DNA of 26,322 nt from Candidatus Hermodarchaeota archaeon (GTDB lineage Archaea > Asgardarchaeota > Thorarchaeia > Thorarchaeales > Thorarchaeaceae): positions 2,836 to 29,157 of the forward strand of contig JBHLLF010000032.1 in the NCBI GenBank assembly GCA_048885865.1, read 5' to 3'. The position numbers were made by a program, and so were the translations under genes. Below, piece after piece: positions 16,590 to 25,129 of the stretch. How positions within the stretch are numbered: position 1 is the stretch's first letter; each line of letters begins with the position of its first letter. Below the pieces are notes generated by a model. It worked only from the letters and a program-made list of their open reading frames with translations. It was not told where the DNA came from and searched no databases.

Positions 16590-17875
16590 TCATCAACTGA
16601 CTCGAGTTCGAAAGACGCCTCAGCGGGTCTATAGCTGGGTAGGACAATTCCGGCCACTGCAGCAGAGCCTATCGATACTACAACAGTCAGTCCAAGGGCA
16701 GAGATTGAATCACCACTAGTATCGAACATCACACCTCCTAAAATCGGTCCAACAACATATGCAGAATTACTGATTGCACCGAACGTACCCATTACACTTC
16801 CATATGCTCTTGCATCTGAAAGGTCAGCAATCATTGCCTGTATTGTGGGACCTCTCATTGAAATAGCAACTCCCAGAATTGCACCAGCCAAGTAGAAATC
16901 ATTGGTACCTGATGCAATCATGAACAAGTAGAGAGATAATGCTGCGACAAGAGACCCAGTCGCAATTAGCCATTTTCTACCAATCAGATCAGATATCTTC
17001 CCAAAGCCGATGTTGCCTATTATGACAATTACTCCAAGAATGCCAAAGAACAATCCTATCTCGAGTGGGCTAAAGGCATATCTCTGCACAGCATCAAGCA
17101 TGAAAGCCACTTCGAGAATGCCAATCGCAAACATGTTTGCGAACATTGTGATGCCAAGTGCAGAGTACGCTTTCGCATTCTTTGCGAATACCTCTCTTAC
17201 AGGGACTCTGTGCTTCTCCAGCTCTGATTGGGTAGTTCGACGTTCAGGCTCGCGAACGATGAGGTTCAGTATAACTAGAGTCACAAGACTGGCTATCGCT
17301 GCAACCACGAAAGGAAGTCGGATGCCGAGGAATTCAGCCAATACTCCTCCGAGGGAGGGGCCTATAACGAAGCCCACCATATTTCCCATGCTAAGATATC
17401 CCATGGCGGTGCCTCTATTCTCAGGTGTTGTCATGTCGGAAACGAACGCATTTGCAGCCGGATAGAATCCTGCAGAAATGCCACCCTCCAGAGCCCTAGC
17501 GATAATCATCACAATGATGCTGTTGGCTAGCGCATAGATTACATTCGAAACAGCGAATCCAGCAAGAGCTGCAAGAAGGACTCTCTTTCTTCCTACTCTA
17601 TCTGACAACCCGCCTAATGGACCTGCTAGGAGAATTCTTGTGAGCGCAAATGATGCCGCCAACACACCAAGCTCAGTTGCGCCAACTCCCAATTCAACGA
17701 TATAGAATGGGAAAATTGGCGTCACAATACCAAAGCCGATTTGGAGGATACTCAAAGAAAGTGCCAACATCCAAACCTGGTACATCCCTGATTTCTGGTC
17801 TTTTACACTATCCTGATTCAAGGCGTGTTCCACTGCTGGCTGTTCGTCTAAGTCATCCATGGCAGAAGCGCTCAA
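16586..17875 (-). CDS. Major facilitator superfamily transporter (DHA1/TetA-like)
   Basis: About 12 TM helices, motif A GGLSDRVGRKRV repeated as GKISDLIGRK, motif C-like GFVIGPSLGG. The start may instead be ATG 17860. Confidence 0.9.
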   Translation of the reverse strand: MSASAMDDLDEQPAVEHALNQDSVKDQKSGMYQVWMLALSLSILQIGFGIVTPIFPFYIVELGVGATELGVLAASFALTRILLAGPLGGLSDRVGRKRVLLAALAGFAVSNVIYALANSIIVMIIARALEGGISAGFYPAANAFVSDMTTPENRGTAMGYLSMGNMVGFVIGPSLGGVLAEFLGIRLPFVVAAIASLVTLVILNLIVREPERRTTQSELEKHRVPVREVFAKNAKAYSALGITMFANMFAIGILEVAFMLDAVQRYAFSPLEIGLFFGILGVIVIIGNIGFGKISDLIGRKWLIATGSLVAALSLYLFMIASGTNDFYLAGAILGVAISMRGPTIQAMIADLSDARAYGSVMGTFGAISNSAYVVGPILGGVMFDTSGDSISALGLTVVVSIGSAAVAGIVLPSYRPAEASFELESVDD

Positions 17876-17923
17876 AGCGGGGCATTGGTGCAGCCTTTTC
17901 AGTGTTCCTAAGTGGTGTTTCTG

Positions 17924-18433
17924 CTATTTCTCAATAATGACTCGATTCACACCCTTTATCGCAGTGAGCGTTTCAATAACCCTGCCTGGAAGGGGTTCAT
18001 GAGTGATGACTTTCAGACACGGTTGCTCGTAAATCTCAATGTCCTCAGCCAAGACTTGACGGATTGAAATGCCATATCCAGCTATTATTGATGTCACTTC
18101 GGAAAGAATACCTGCATTTTCGGGAGAATCCACATAGATAGTCAATACACCATAACCTAGGACTTCACGTACCTTCTCCAATGAAGGCCCCGCTGGTTGC
18201 AAACGTTTGAAGAATTCACAGAGTCGTTCATTCTGACAGATATCTTCCGTTGTTGCTCGGACTGTTCGCCTATCGATACCAAGTGCGTCCCCAATCGCTT
18301 TCAATGGAATCCTGATGGGGCCACAGCGTACCAGACCTGGCTTTTCTATATGGAAACCATGACGAACTATTGCCTGGGCCACCTTCAACCTTTGAGGTGA
18401 ATCATGAAAATACTCTACAATGTCACGCCACAT
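17924..18433 (-). CDS. Archaeal ACT-domain regulator of amino acid metabolism (COG2150-like)
   Basis: MW..I..YF..SP...KVA, HTH-like IPLKAIGDALGIDRRTV, C-terminal ACT domain (ENAGILSEVTSIIAGYGISIRQ). Confidence 0.85.
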   Translation of the reverse strand: MWRDIVEYFHDSPQRLKVAQAIVRHGFHIEKPGLVRCGPIRIPLKAIGDALGIDRRTVRATTEDICQNERLCEFFKRLQPAGPSLEKVREVLGYGVLTIYVDSPENAGILSEVTSIIAGYGISIRQVLAEDIEIYEQPCLKVITHEPLPGRVIETLTAIKGVNRVIIEK

Positions 18434-18460
18434 CCATGTGACCACCCTATGTTTGGATCA

Positions 18461-18991
18461 CTAGACTAGTTCCTTTTCAAATAGCACTTCGTCTATAAAG
18501 CCCTTCGGCATCTTAAAGTGACGCTTTCTAATACCGACTTGGCGATAATCCATTGCAATGTAGAGTGATCTGGCGATAGCGTTGTCTTCGAAAGTGCTAA
18601 GCACAATCTTTTCAAAGCCAGAATCCACTGCCGCCTCTTCAGCTGCTCTCATCAAAGCTCGGCCAATACCCCTCCCTCTATCCTTTTTGGCTACAATAAT
18701 GCCTAGCTTGGCGACATGCCTAGACGCCATCCATTCCTCTGTCTGAAGAGTAAGATGTCCGGTGTATTCATCATCAATCTCAGCGACCAACATCACATCG
18801 CGACATTGATTGGTCCGTTGAATCCAGTTTACCCAGTCAGCAATGTTGCTATTAGCATTGAATGTCGGAAGCCAAATACCCTCCTGAATGACCTCGTTAA
18901 ATCCACCGTGAAGCTTCCTAGCATCCGCCGGAACTGCATGACGCACTGTTATGGAGGCTCCGTCCTTTGTGGAATATGAGTAGGTCCTCAT
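18461..18991 (-). CDS. GNAT family N-acetyltransferase
   Basis: HVAKLGIIV...RGRGIGRALM acetyl-CoA motif, LSTFEDN..A..LY, YRQVG. ATG 18991 likely. Confidence 0.88.
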   Translation of the reverse strand: MRTYSYSTKDGASITVRHAVPADARKLHGGFNEVIQEGIWLPTFNANSNIADWVNWIQRTNQCRDVMLVAEIDDEYTGHLTLQTEEWMASRHVAKLGIIVAKKDRGRGIGRALMRAAEEAAVDSGFEKIVLSTFEDNAIARSLYIAMDYRQVGIRKRHFKMPKGFIDEVLFEKELV

Positions 18992-19079
18992 CGATGGCTC
19001 GAACGATTTGCTGAATAATGTGAACAAAAAGGATTGTGGTGTGGCATTTTGCATTATGGGATATGCCTTGGCAAGTTCA

Positions 19080-20009
19080 TCAACTCACTTTGGTCATTCC
19101 AGACCATATAACATTAGATACACCTTCCTCCCTAGCAATCGAGGCTAGATGCTCCATTTTCTCTGGCGTAACAAGCTCTTCGTTTTTGAGCGGATACTCC
19201 AATCCGAAAAGGGCATATTTGTCGATGCACATCTTGTTGAATGCTAGCAGGTCGAATCTCTCAACATTGGGCATATTATCAACTATAAATCGTGAGATTG
19301 CTCTGATATTCTCGTCATCGTCGGTGTATCCGGGGATTATTGGCGTCCTAATCCACACAGGCAATCCACTCTCAACAACAATCTCGGCATTTGTCAAGAC
19401 TAGGTCCAAAGGAACTCCAGTGTATTCCAAATGCTTCTCGGCGTCCATTACCTTCAGATCGTAAAGAACCATGCTGACGACGGACAATGCTTTCTTGATC
19501 ACAGATTCGCTGCAGTAGCCGCACGTATCTAGTGCGACATGAACTCCTTCGGCACGTAAACCCTCAGCAACCTCGACCATAAAATCAGACTGATAGGTTG
19601 CTTCTCCACCGGATAGAGTGACTCCACCACCAGATGTTGTGAAGAAGACTCTATCACGAAGCAGCTCCTCAACAAGAGCCTTTGAATCCCATTCTTTTCC
19701 CATGATCTTGATGGCTCCCGTTGGACAGGCATCCTCACATTTTCCGCATGTCGTACATTTCTCCAGGTCAATCTGCATGCCCTCCTCAAGAAGTGTGAGG
19801 GCTCCCTCTGGACAGGCTTCGATGCAGGCTTTGTCACCGATGCATTTTGTGGAGTACCAGACTGTTCGTGGATCGGAATCAATAGTTTCGATATTATGGC
19901 ACCAAGTGCAACTCATTGGGCAGCCTTTCATAAAAACAGTAGTGCGGATGCCAGGTCCATCTTCAGTCGAACATCTTTGGATGTTTGTTATTAGTCCTGT
20001 CTGAGTCAT
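19080..20009 (-). CDS. Glycyl-radical enzyme activating protein (radical SAM with two-cluster ferredoxin insert)
   Basis: IQRCSTEDGPGIRTTVFMKGCPMSCTWCHN, ferredoxin motifs CIGDKACIEACP and CTTCGKCEDACP, SGGGVTLSGGE, LDTCG, YDLK, IRTPIIPGYTD. Confidence 0.93.
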   Translation of the reverse strand: MTQTGLITNIQRCSTEDGPGIRTTVFMKGCPMSCTWCHNIETIDSDPRTVWYSTKCIGDKACIEACPEGALTLLEEGMQIDLEKCTTCGKCEDACPTGAIKIMGKEWDSKALVEELLRDRVFFTTSGGGVTLSGGEATYQSDFMVEVAEGLRAEGVHVALDTCGYCSESVIKKALSVVSMVLYDLKVMDAEKHLEYTGVPLDLVLTNAEIVVESGLPVWIRTPIIPGYTDDDENIRAISRFIVDNMPNVERFDLLAFNKMCIDKYALFGLEYPLKNEELVTPEKMEHLASIAREEGVSNVIWSGMTKVS

Positions 20010-20163
20010 CAGAGGCTGTGCTCCATAATCCAATATAAGGGAATTGAATGCGGTTCAGCATCAATAGTCGTACGAATATCAAACTGGCGCTAGCTTTAAA
20101 AACGGGCTCAATCCTGTCGCCCCAGCCTGACCACTGGTCACTGGGTATCAGGAAGGCTTGACT

Positions 20164-22350
20164 ATGAAGTCAACGAGTAGACTGCTATCAATACTGCTCC
20201 TTGCTATTATGCTGGCTGGAGTTGCCTATATTCAACCGCTTGCTATGACCACAAATGATGGCTCCCGGGCTTTCCGCCAAGAGGATTCAAATCATTTCAT
20301 CACTGGTGGCTTTGATTCTCAGAACATCTCCATTAGTCTTGTCAGCCCCACAAATAGGAGCGGCACTTCGGGTACATTGGATATTACAATTGACATCACA
20401 TCTGACTTTGGCAATCTAAACGTCACGCTATTCATTGAAGATGCAATCTACTCAACATACAACAAGACTCTGATCGGAACTGGGAATCAGGTTCTGTCAG
20501 TGGACACAACGTTAGCGTCTATTCCAGAAGGCAATCTAAACTTCACCATACTCCTAGAATATAAGGATGCGACCTGGGATGAGAAAGAATCCTTCTATTT
20601 GGAGTATTTCGTTGACAACGATTCCGTGAATTTCGAGGTTAGCCTTACAAGTCCAGCAAATGAGACTATACTCACAGGAACAGCAAATCTGCTGCTCAAT
20701 ATCACTTCAGACTTTGCGTTCGTCAACTTCACACTCTTCATCGATGGAGAAACCTACCCCACCTATGATGGTGTTACCATAGTTGGCGAGCCTCAGGCAA
20801 TTCAGATTGACACGACCGCGGTGAGAGAGGGACTGCTTAACTTCACTCTCCTTTTCGACTATGATGTTGTTGATGTTCAGGAAACGCATGAATTATACCT
20901 TGTTTTCATCGTGGACAATGATGGTCAACCAATCACGCTCTCCCTAATTTCCCCCACTAACCAGAGTCAGGTGAGTGACGCCTTCAACCTCACTGTGGAG
21001 CTTGGCTCTGACTACGGTGGAGCAAATCTAACCGTATTTGTGGAGGGCGAGATCGAATATCCCCAATTCAATTTGACATACATTGCTAATGGTGAACATG
21101 ACCTAGAGCTGAATACAACAATCCTTGCAGAAGGCGCTCTGAACTTCACACTGTTGCTCGAGTATAATGTGACTGGAGAGAACGCGCGCATCGCCTATTT
21201 GTATATCTTCTCAGTCAACAATCACGGGGAGCCGGCAGTTGTGTTTCTGACGCCCGACGCAGGTGAAGACTTCATCGGACTTGACGAATTCACATTGAAT
21301 ATTACTTCAGATTACGAGTTCGTGTACTTGACAATTACCGTCGACGATGAAATCACTCCAGAGTACAACCATACTCTTGTTGCTAGCGGAGTCGGTATCT
21401 ACACGATAAATGGAAGCCGCTATGAGAATGGTGACCAGACGGTCGTGGCAATTGTTGAAACTGAAGAAGGACTTCAAAGCACAACATCAAGAGTCTACAA
21501 TTTCCTCGATTATGTGAGAATCCAAATAAGAGACCTTACCGCCTATGACAGGATCTCAGGCAATGCCAGTATCACCATTCGAATTCAATCTCCCTACTCC
21601 AACGTGACACTTTCAGCCTACGTTGATGGCTTTCTCGCACCTGATGTTGTAAACATTACGCTACAAACCGGCATTGCATCGTTTAATATCAACACCGTGG
21701 GATACTCTGAAGGAGAGCATAACTTCACATTCAAGGCATATGCCATAGGTGAATTTGCATTCACCTACAAGATAATTCTTGAAGTAGATAATCATGGCGC
21801 ACCATCTGTGAGTTTCGTTTCTCCTTTGAATGATGTTGTTGTCGGTGTGACTACATTCACTGTTGAAATTGATAGCACCTGGGACATTGTCAACCTGACA
21901 GTATTTGTGGATGATGAAGTTGTGACAGCTCTTGAAGGGCTCAGCGTAGATGTCGGAGAGGTCACATTCGAGCTTGATACGAACCTGTATAGCAAATGGG
22001 AACATGTTGTGAAAGTCCTAGTTGTGACAGATGAGGGCCTTGAAGGATTTGACGAAGAACTCTATGGTTTTGCAAACTTCAAACTTGAAGAGATCGTCAG
22101 CGGGATTATCATTCTTGTTATTGCACTCGGCTTCCCGCTTCGTAGGTGGAGAAGTGGAGGGTCTATCAGGGCGGTACTCATCGCAGACCTACTATTTGCA
22201 GTTGTGGTAGCAGGAGTCTTCTTTGCGTTGGGTGTGAACTCCATTCCATTTGCAATATGGCACATCAATATGGCAAGTATATGGGCATTAGGAGCCGCAT
22301 TGATTTTCACTAACATCGCAGTACCTCTAGCAATAGAATCAGAAGAATAG
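20164..22350 (+). CDS. Secreted surface glycoprotein with six tandem Ig-like repeats and three C-terminal TM helices
   Basis: Signal peptide, six ~95-100 aa beta-rich repeats (SP.N....G...ITSD....N.T.FID...DTT...EG..NFT...VDN), more than 20 N-x-S/T sequons, hydrophobic C-terminus. Confidence 0.8.
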   Translation: MKSTSRLLSILLLAIMLAGVAYIQPLAMTTNDGSRAFRQEDSNHFITGGFDSQNISISLVSPTNRSGTSGTLDITIDITSDFGNLNVTLFIEDAIYSTYNKTLIGTGNQVLSVDTTLASIPEGNLNFTILLEYKDATWDEKESFYLEYFVDNDSVNFEVSLTSPANETILTGTANLLLNITSDFAFVNFTLFIDGETYPTYDGVTIVGEPQAIQIDTTAVREGLLNFTLLFDYDVVDVQETHELYLVFIVDNDGQPITLSLISPTNQSQVSDAFNLTVELGSDYGGANLTVFVEGEIEYPQFNLTYIANGEHDLELNTTILAEGALNFTLLLEYNVTGENARIAYLYIFSVNNHGEPAVVFLTPDAGEDFIGLDEFTLNITSDYEFVYLTITVDDEITPEYNHTLVASGVGIYTINGSRYENGDQTVVAIVETEEGLQSTTSRVYNFLDYVRIQIRDLTAYDRISGNASITIRIQSPYSNVTLSAYVDGFLAPDVVNITLQTGIASFNINTVGYSEGEHNFTFKAYAIGEFAFTYKIILEVDNHGAPSVSFVSPLNDVVVGVTTFTVEIDSTWDIVNLTVFVDDEVVTALEGLSVDVGEVTFELDTNLYSKWEHVVKVLVVTDEGLEGFDEELYGFANFKLEEIVSGIIILVIALGFPLRRWRSGGSIRAVLIADLLFAVVVAGVFFALGVNSIPFAIWHINMASIWALGAALIFTNIAVPLAIESEE

Positions 22351-22355
22351 AGAAA

Positions 22356-23204
22356 CTAGGCTAATTTGGTCACAGGGAAGTTCCGATACATCTCGGACTT
22401 CCATTTGGCCAATCCCTTATACCAAGGTAGTCTATCCTCAGGAATTAGAGTCCACACAGATTTAGGCTTCAACTTAGCCGCTGCCTTTGCAGTCTGTAAT
22501 ACTACGATTTCTGCGAAGTCTATTCCTTTGGGCGTTACATCGGCTATGAATTTCGCTGTCTTGTCATCCTGCATAGCAACAGCACCCACGCCCAATAACG
22601 CATTCTCTGAGTGAAACTCCATCATCAATCCCGGTTTTTCATAGGTGATGATTTCCCTGACGACTTCCGCTAATTCTCCAGGATAGGCAATGTTAGAGAA
22701 ACGCATACTCTTAGGAAGTCCTTTTGGGTTGGAGAGGATTTCTCGATGCAACCTCTTTGATCTCTTTGCAGGCATCTTCGAGAGAGGCGCTTCAATTCTC
22801 ATAAGCCAATATCGCTTATGATAGTCAACTTTCATCCAATAGTTGTAGGCCTCTGGAGTCGTGGTACCAACGAACCTTCCTGCCTTCTTTAGGCGCAACA
22901 CCTTTTCAGCTGCTTTGGTCAGTTTCGTTCCAATTGCTTTCTTTTGATGGCGAACATCTATACCCAGGTTCCTGATGATTCCGATTCTTCCAGCAACTGG
23001 ATTCTTCTCAATGCGACACAGGATTTCCCCGACTACTTTGCCTCTTACCTCAGCCACCAGCCAGCCCCATTTCTCGAAGGCCACACCCTTGTGTTCTAGT
23101 TTCACCTGCTCAACAGTGGTGAATCCCTCGGACCAGCGAGTGCCCATATATACTTCCAAGAGGTCTTTGCAGTCCTTCATCAATCCATTTCTAATCTTGA
23201 CCAT
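22356..23204 (-). CDS. GNAT acetyltransferase with a C-terminal second (degenerate GNAT-like) domain
   Basis: WLVAEVRGKVVGEI, LGIDVRHQKKAIGTKL, AYNYWMKVDY. ATG 23204 (MVKIR) preferred over the 44-codon upstream extension. Confidence 0.75.
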   Translation of the reverse strand: MVKIRNGLMKDCKDLLEVYMGTRWSEGFTTVEQVKLEHKGVAFEKWGWLVAEVRGKVVGEILCRIEKNPVAGRIGIIRNLGIDVRHQKKAIGTKLTKAAEKVLRLKKAGRFVGTTTPEAYNYWMKVDYHKRYWLMRIEAPLSKMPAKRSKRLHREILSNPKGLPKSMRFSNIAYPGELAEVVREIITYEKPGLMMEFHSENALLGVGAVAMQDDKTAKFIADVTPKGIDFAEIVVLQTAKAAAKLKPKSVWTLIPEDRLPWYKGLAKWKSEMYRNFPVTKLA

Positions 23205-23399
23205 CGCGGATCGCCCAGATTGTGGTGTCAACTGATGCTCGTTCCAAGAAGAAATAAGGATGTTTAACTCAACGGATTTCGTTGAATCCTTATTATGATT
23301 CTGAGTCAGCACCTTGCTACAGATTGGAAGATACATCCTTACTTCTGGCTTTGTATTACCCCTACCACTCTTACCGTTCTTATCACAGGTATTCCCGCA

Positions 23400-23591
23400 G
23401 TTGTCAAGAGCTGCTTACTATGCGGTGACTATCCTAAATGTCCCAAAACTGAATGCCAACGTGGTAGGTATCAATTTGTACTAGACCAATATAAAATGGT
23501 CAAAGAAGCAGGCCAAGAGCAACACCTTAAAGAAGAAAGACGGAGAGCGAAAGATGGCTTATTACTCCATGATTTAAGACATGTTGATTAA
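23400..23591 (+). pseudogene. Probable C-terminal remnant of a DUF3795-like Cys-rich protein
   Basis: CLLCGDYPKC...MVKEAGQEQHLKEERRRAKDG...DLR resembles my recollection of DUF3795 C-termini (CxxCx[DE]YPC...[IM]KE.G...W.EE..R..G...D.R). The upstream in-frame sequence from ATG 23295 lacks the family's N-terminal Cys motifs. Confidence 0.45.
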
Positions 23592-23651
23592 TAGGATGTG
23601 AGTATGTGGAACCAAAAACATGCGCGCGCAGCCAAGGATTGAAAGCACACG

Positions 23652-24062
23652 ATGGTTGATACGCTCCTTGTCAAAGATGTCATGACGAAGGGTGTTAGGG
23701 TGACAGGACCAGACTCCAGCGTTAAAGAGGTCGTCGCCACCATGAATAGGTTCAACATAGGGTCGATAATTGTTGTGCAGGATAATAAGCCGGTTGGTGT
23801 AATATCCGAACGCGACGTCCTCATGAGGGTGGTTGAGCCTTGCCTATCCCCAGAAACCATTGCAGCGAAGCAAATCATGACCCACCCCGTGATAACGATA
23901 TGCGAATCCGCCAGCGTGGCAGAGGTAGTCAAAATCATGGCTGAAAAGCGGGTTAGGAAGATACCAGTCATGAAAAAGGAGAGCCTCGTAGGCATAATAA
24001 CCTATACAGACATTCTATGCAAAATATGGAACATGATATCTATACTAGGAGAACTAGTATAA
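23652..24062 (+). CDS. Stand-alone CBS domain pair protein
   Basis: VKDVMTKGV, NIGSIIVV..KPVGVISERD, AKQIMTHPVITI, VRKIPV...LVGIITYTDI. Confidence 0.92.
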   Translation: MVDTLLVKDVMTKGVRVTGPDSSVKEVVATMNRFNIGSIIVVQDNKPVGVISERDVLMRVVEPCLSPETIAAKQIMTHPVITICESASVAEVVKIMAEKRVRKIPVMKKESLVGIITYTDILCKIWNMISILGELV

Positions 24063-24131
24063 CACTGCATGCGCACTCTCGCAAATCGAGATAGATGAAA
24101 TGCAAGAGTCAAGGATGTGTATGACAGGACC

Positions 24132-25058
24132 TCACAGCTTCATACTCAAAGCTATCGATTCATTGGCTAGACCCTTCGCGCTTGGGCCAAATAGGTAAAG
24201 AATGGGCTCTACGCCAATCCCGCCAGGGACATGAATCGCAATAAATTGTGGTGTCCTCTTCAAGCTTCCTGCAAATTTCTGAGCCGCGCTAGATATTGTA
24301 TCAGGGTCACTGGCCGGCATTGAAAGGCTAATCATTTTGAAACCACTTTCTTCTCCGGCCGCCACTATCTCATCAGTTCCACTTATACCAAGGCAAGCTT
24401 GAATTGATGGCCAATTCGATCGCGCCCAAAGAAGCAGACTGGCAGTATGCCGCGAAGCACCAAATTGAGGAGATGTGAGAGCAACAGCTCTGCCGTTGAC
24501 AAGAGTGATTCGTCCCGGGACGCCGGCGACATCCATCTGTGTTTTAGCATCAACCCCACATGCAACGAGATTAGCTCTCACCTGAGGGATTAGACGTGCA
24601 AACTGAGTGGCGTTTGATATTAGGGCTAGGGCATCTTGAAGGTCTCTTAGCGTCACTCCTCTACCTGTAAACTCCCTTTCTTCGCCTGCAAGGAGATCAG
24701 CACAAATCTGACATTTCACATCGCCCAATGCAGGTACAGAGTCTCTATGCATCTTGCAGATTGTTGACCCGATTCGAAGATACATGCAGGTCCTGCATAT
24801 CTCCTTCACCATCATATCTTGGCGAGGTGTGTCTGACAGAATCATGCTAGTGAGCTTCTCTGCTAGAATGGCCACATCTTTCTGCAGTGAGCCTTTCTTG
24901 CTTCCTTGACTGAGGTATTTGCTCACCGCGGCCTGGGTGATGTTCATCCTTCTGGCAATTTCAATCTGTGACTGGCCTGACTCGTGAAGCCTCTTTGCAA
25001 GATTAGCTCTCAGATTTGGCAGATACTCCTTTTGAACGAGTTCGCACGGTGGTCTCAT
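24132..25058 (-). CDS. thiR: ThiR-type transcriptional regulator (HTH + thiamine-phosphate synthase ThiN-like domain)
   Basis: RPPCE....LP.LRA.LA, HTH SQIEIARRMNITQAAVSKYL, Cys-rich linker, ThiN-like LIPQVRANL, DVAGVPGRI, PQFGASRH, GIGVEP..YLFG. Divergent from a thiamine-binding protein gene. Confidence 0.85.
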   Translation of the reverse strand: MRPPCELVQKEYLPNLRANLAKRLHESGQSQIEIARRMNITQAAVSKYLSQGSKKGSLQKDVAILAEKLTSMILSDTPRQDMMVKEICRTCMYLRIGSTICKMHRDSVPALGDVKCQICADLLAGEEREFTGRGVTLRDLQDALALISNATQFARLIPQVRANLVACGVDAKTQMDVAGVPGRITLVNGRAVALTSPQFGASRHTASLLLWARSNWPSIQACLGISGTDEIVAAGEESGFKMISLSMPASDPDTISSAAQKFAGSLKRTPQFIAIHVPGGIGVEPILYLFGPSAKGLANESIALSMKL

Positions 25059-25098
25059 CAAAATCACTCCTTAGTAAACTATTTATCTCAGCTAGTCC

Positions 25099-25126
25099 TA
25101 TAACTAAGTTGTATAACTAAGATATA
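25099..25126. promoter_or_regulatory. Tandem palindromic operator, putative ThiR site
   Basis: TATAACTAAG repeated at 25099 and 25112. Each copy forms TATAAC-N3-GTTATA with one mismatch (GTTGTA, GATATA), between divergent thiR and thiB. Confidence 0.7.
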
Positions 25127-25129
25127 AGG

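Noticed and set aside
15750-20009. MEMO1 plus a nearby radical SAM gene as an AmmeMemoRadiSam system
   Set aside because: No AMMECR1 gene is present, and the radical SAM protein has the DGPGIRT motif and ferredoxin insert of glycyl-radical activases, on the opposite strand.
23218-23244. CGVN-TGA-C reading on the + strand as a possible selenocysteine codon or DUF3795 N-terminal motif
   Set aside because: It is out of frame with the downstream remnant, has no plausible start, does not complete a CxxC, overlaps the GNAT upstream region on the opposite strand, and I see no convincing SECIS.
23593-24123. AGGATGTG(AG)TATG-like motif after both the remnant and the CBS gene, considered as cassette or att repeats
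   Set aside because: Too short and imperfect, with no integrase or recombinase nearby. Compatible with chance.
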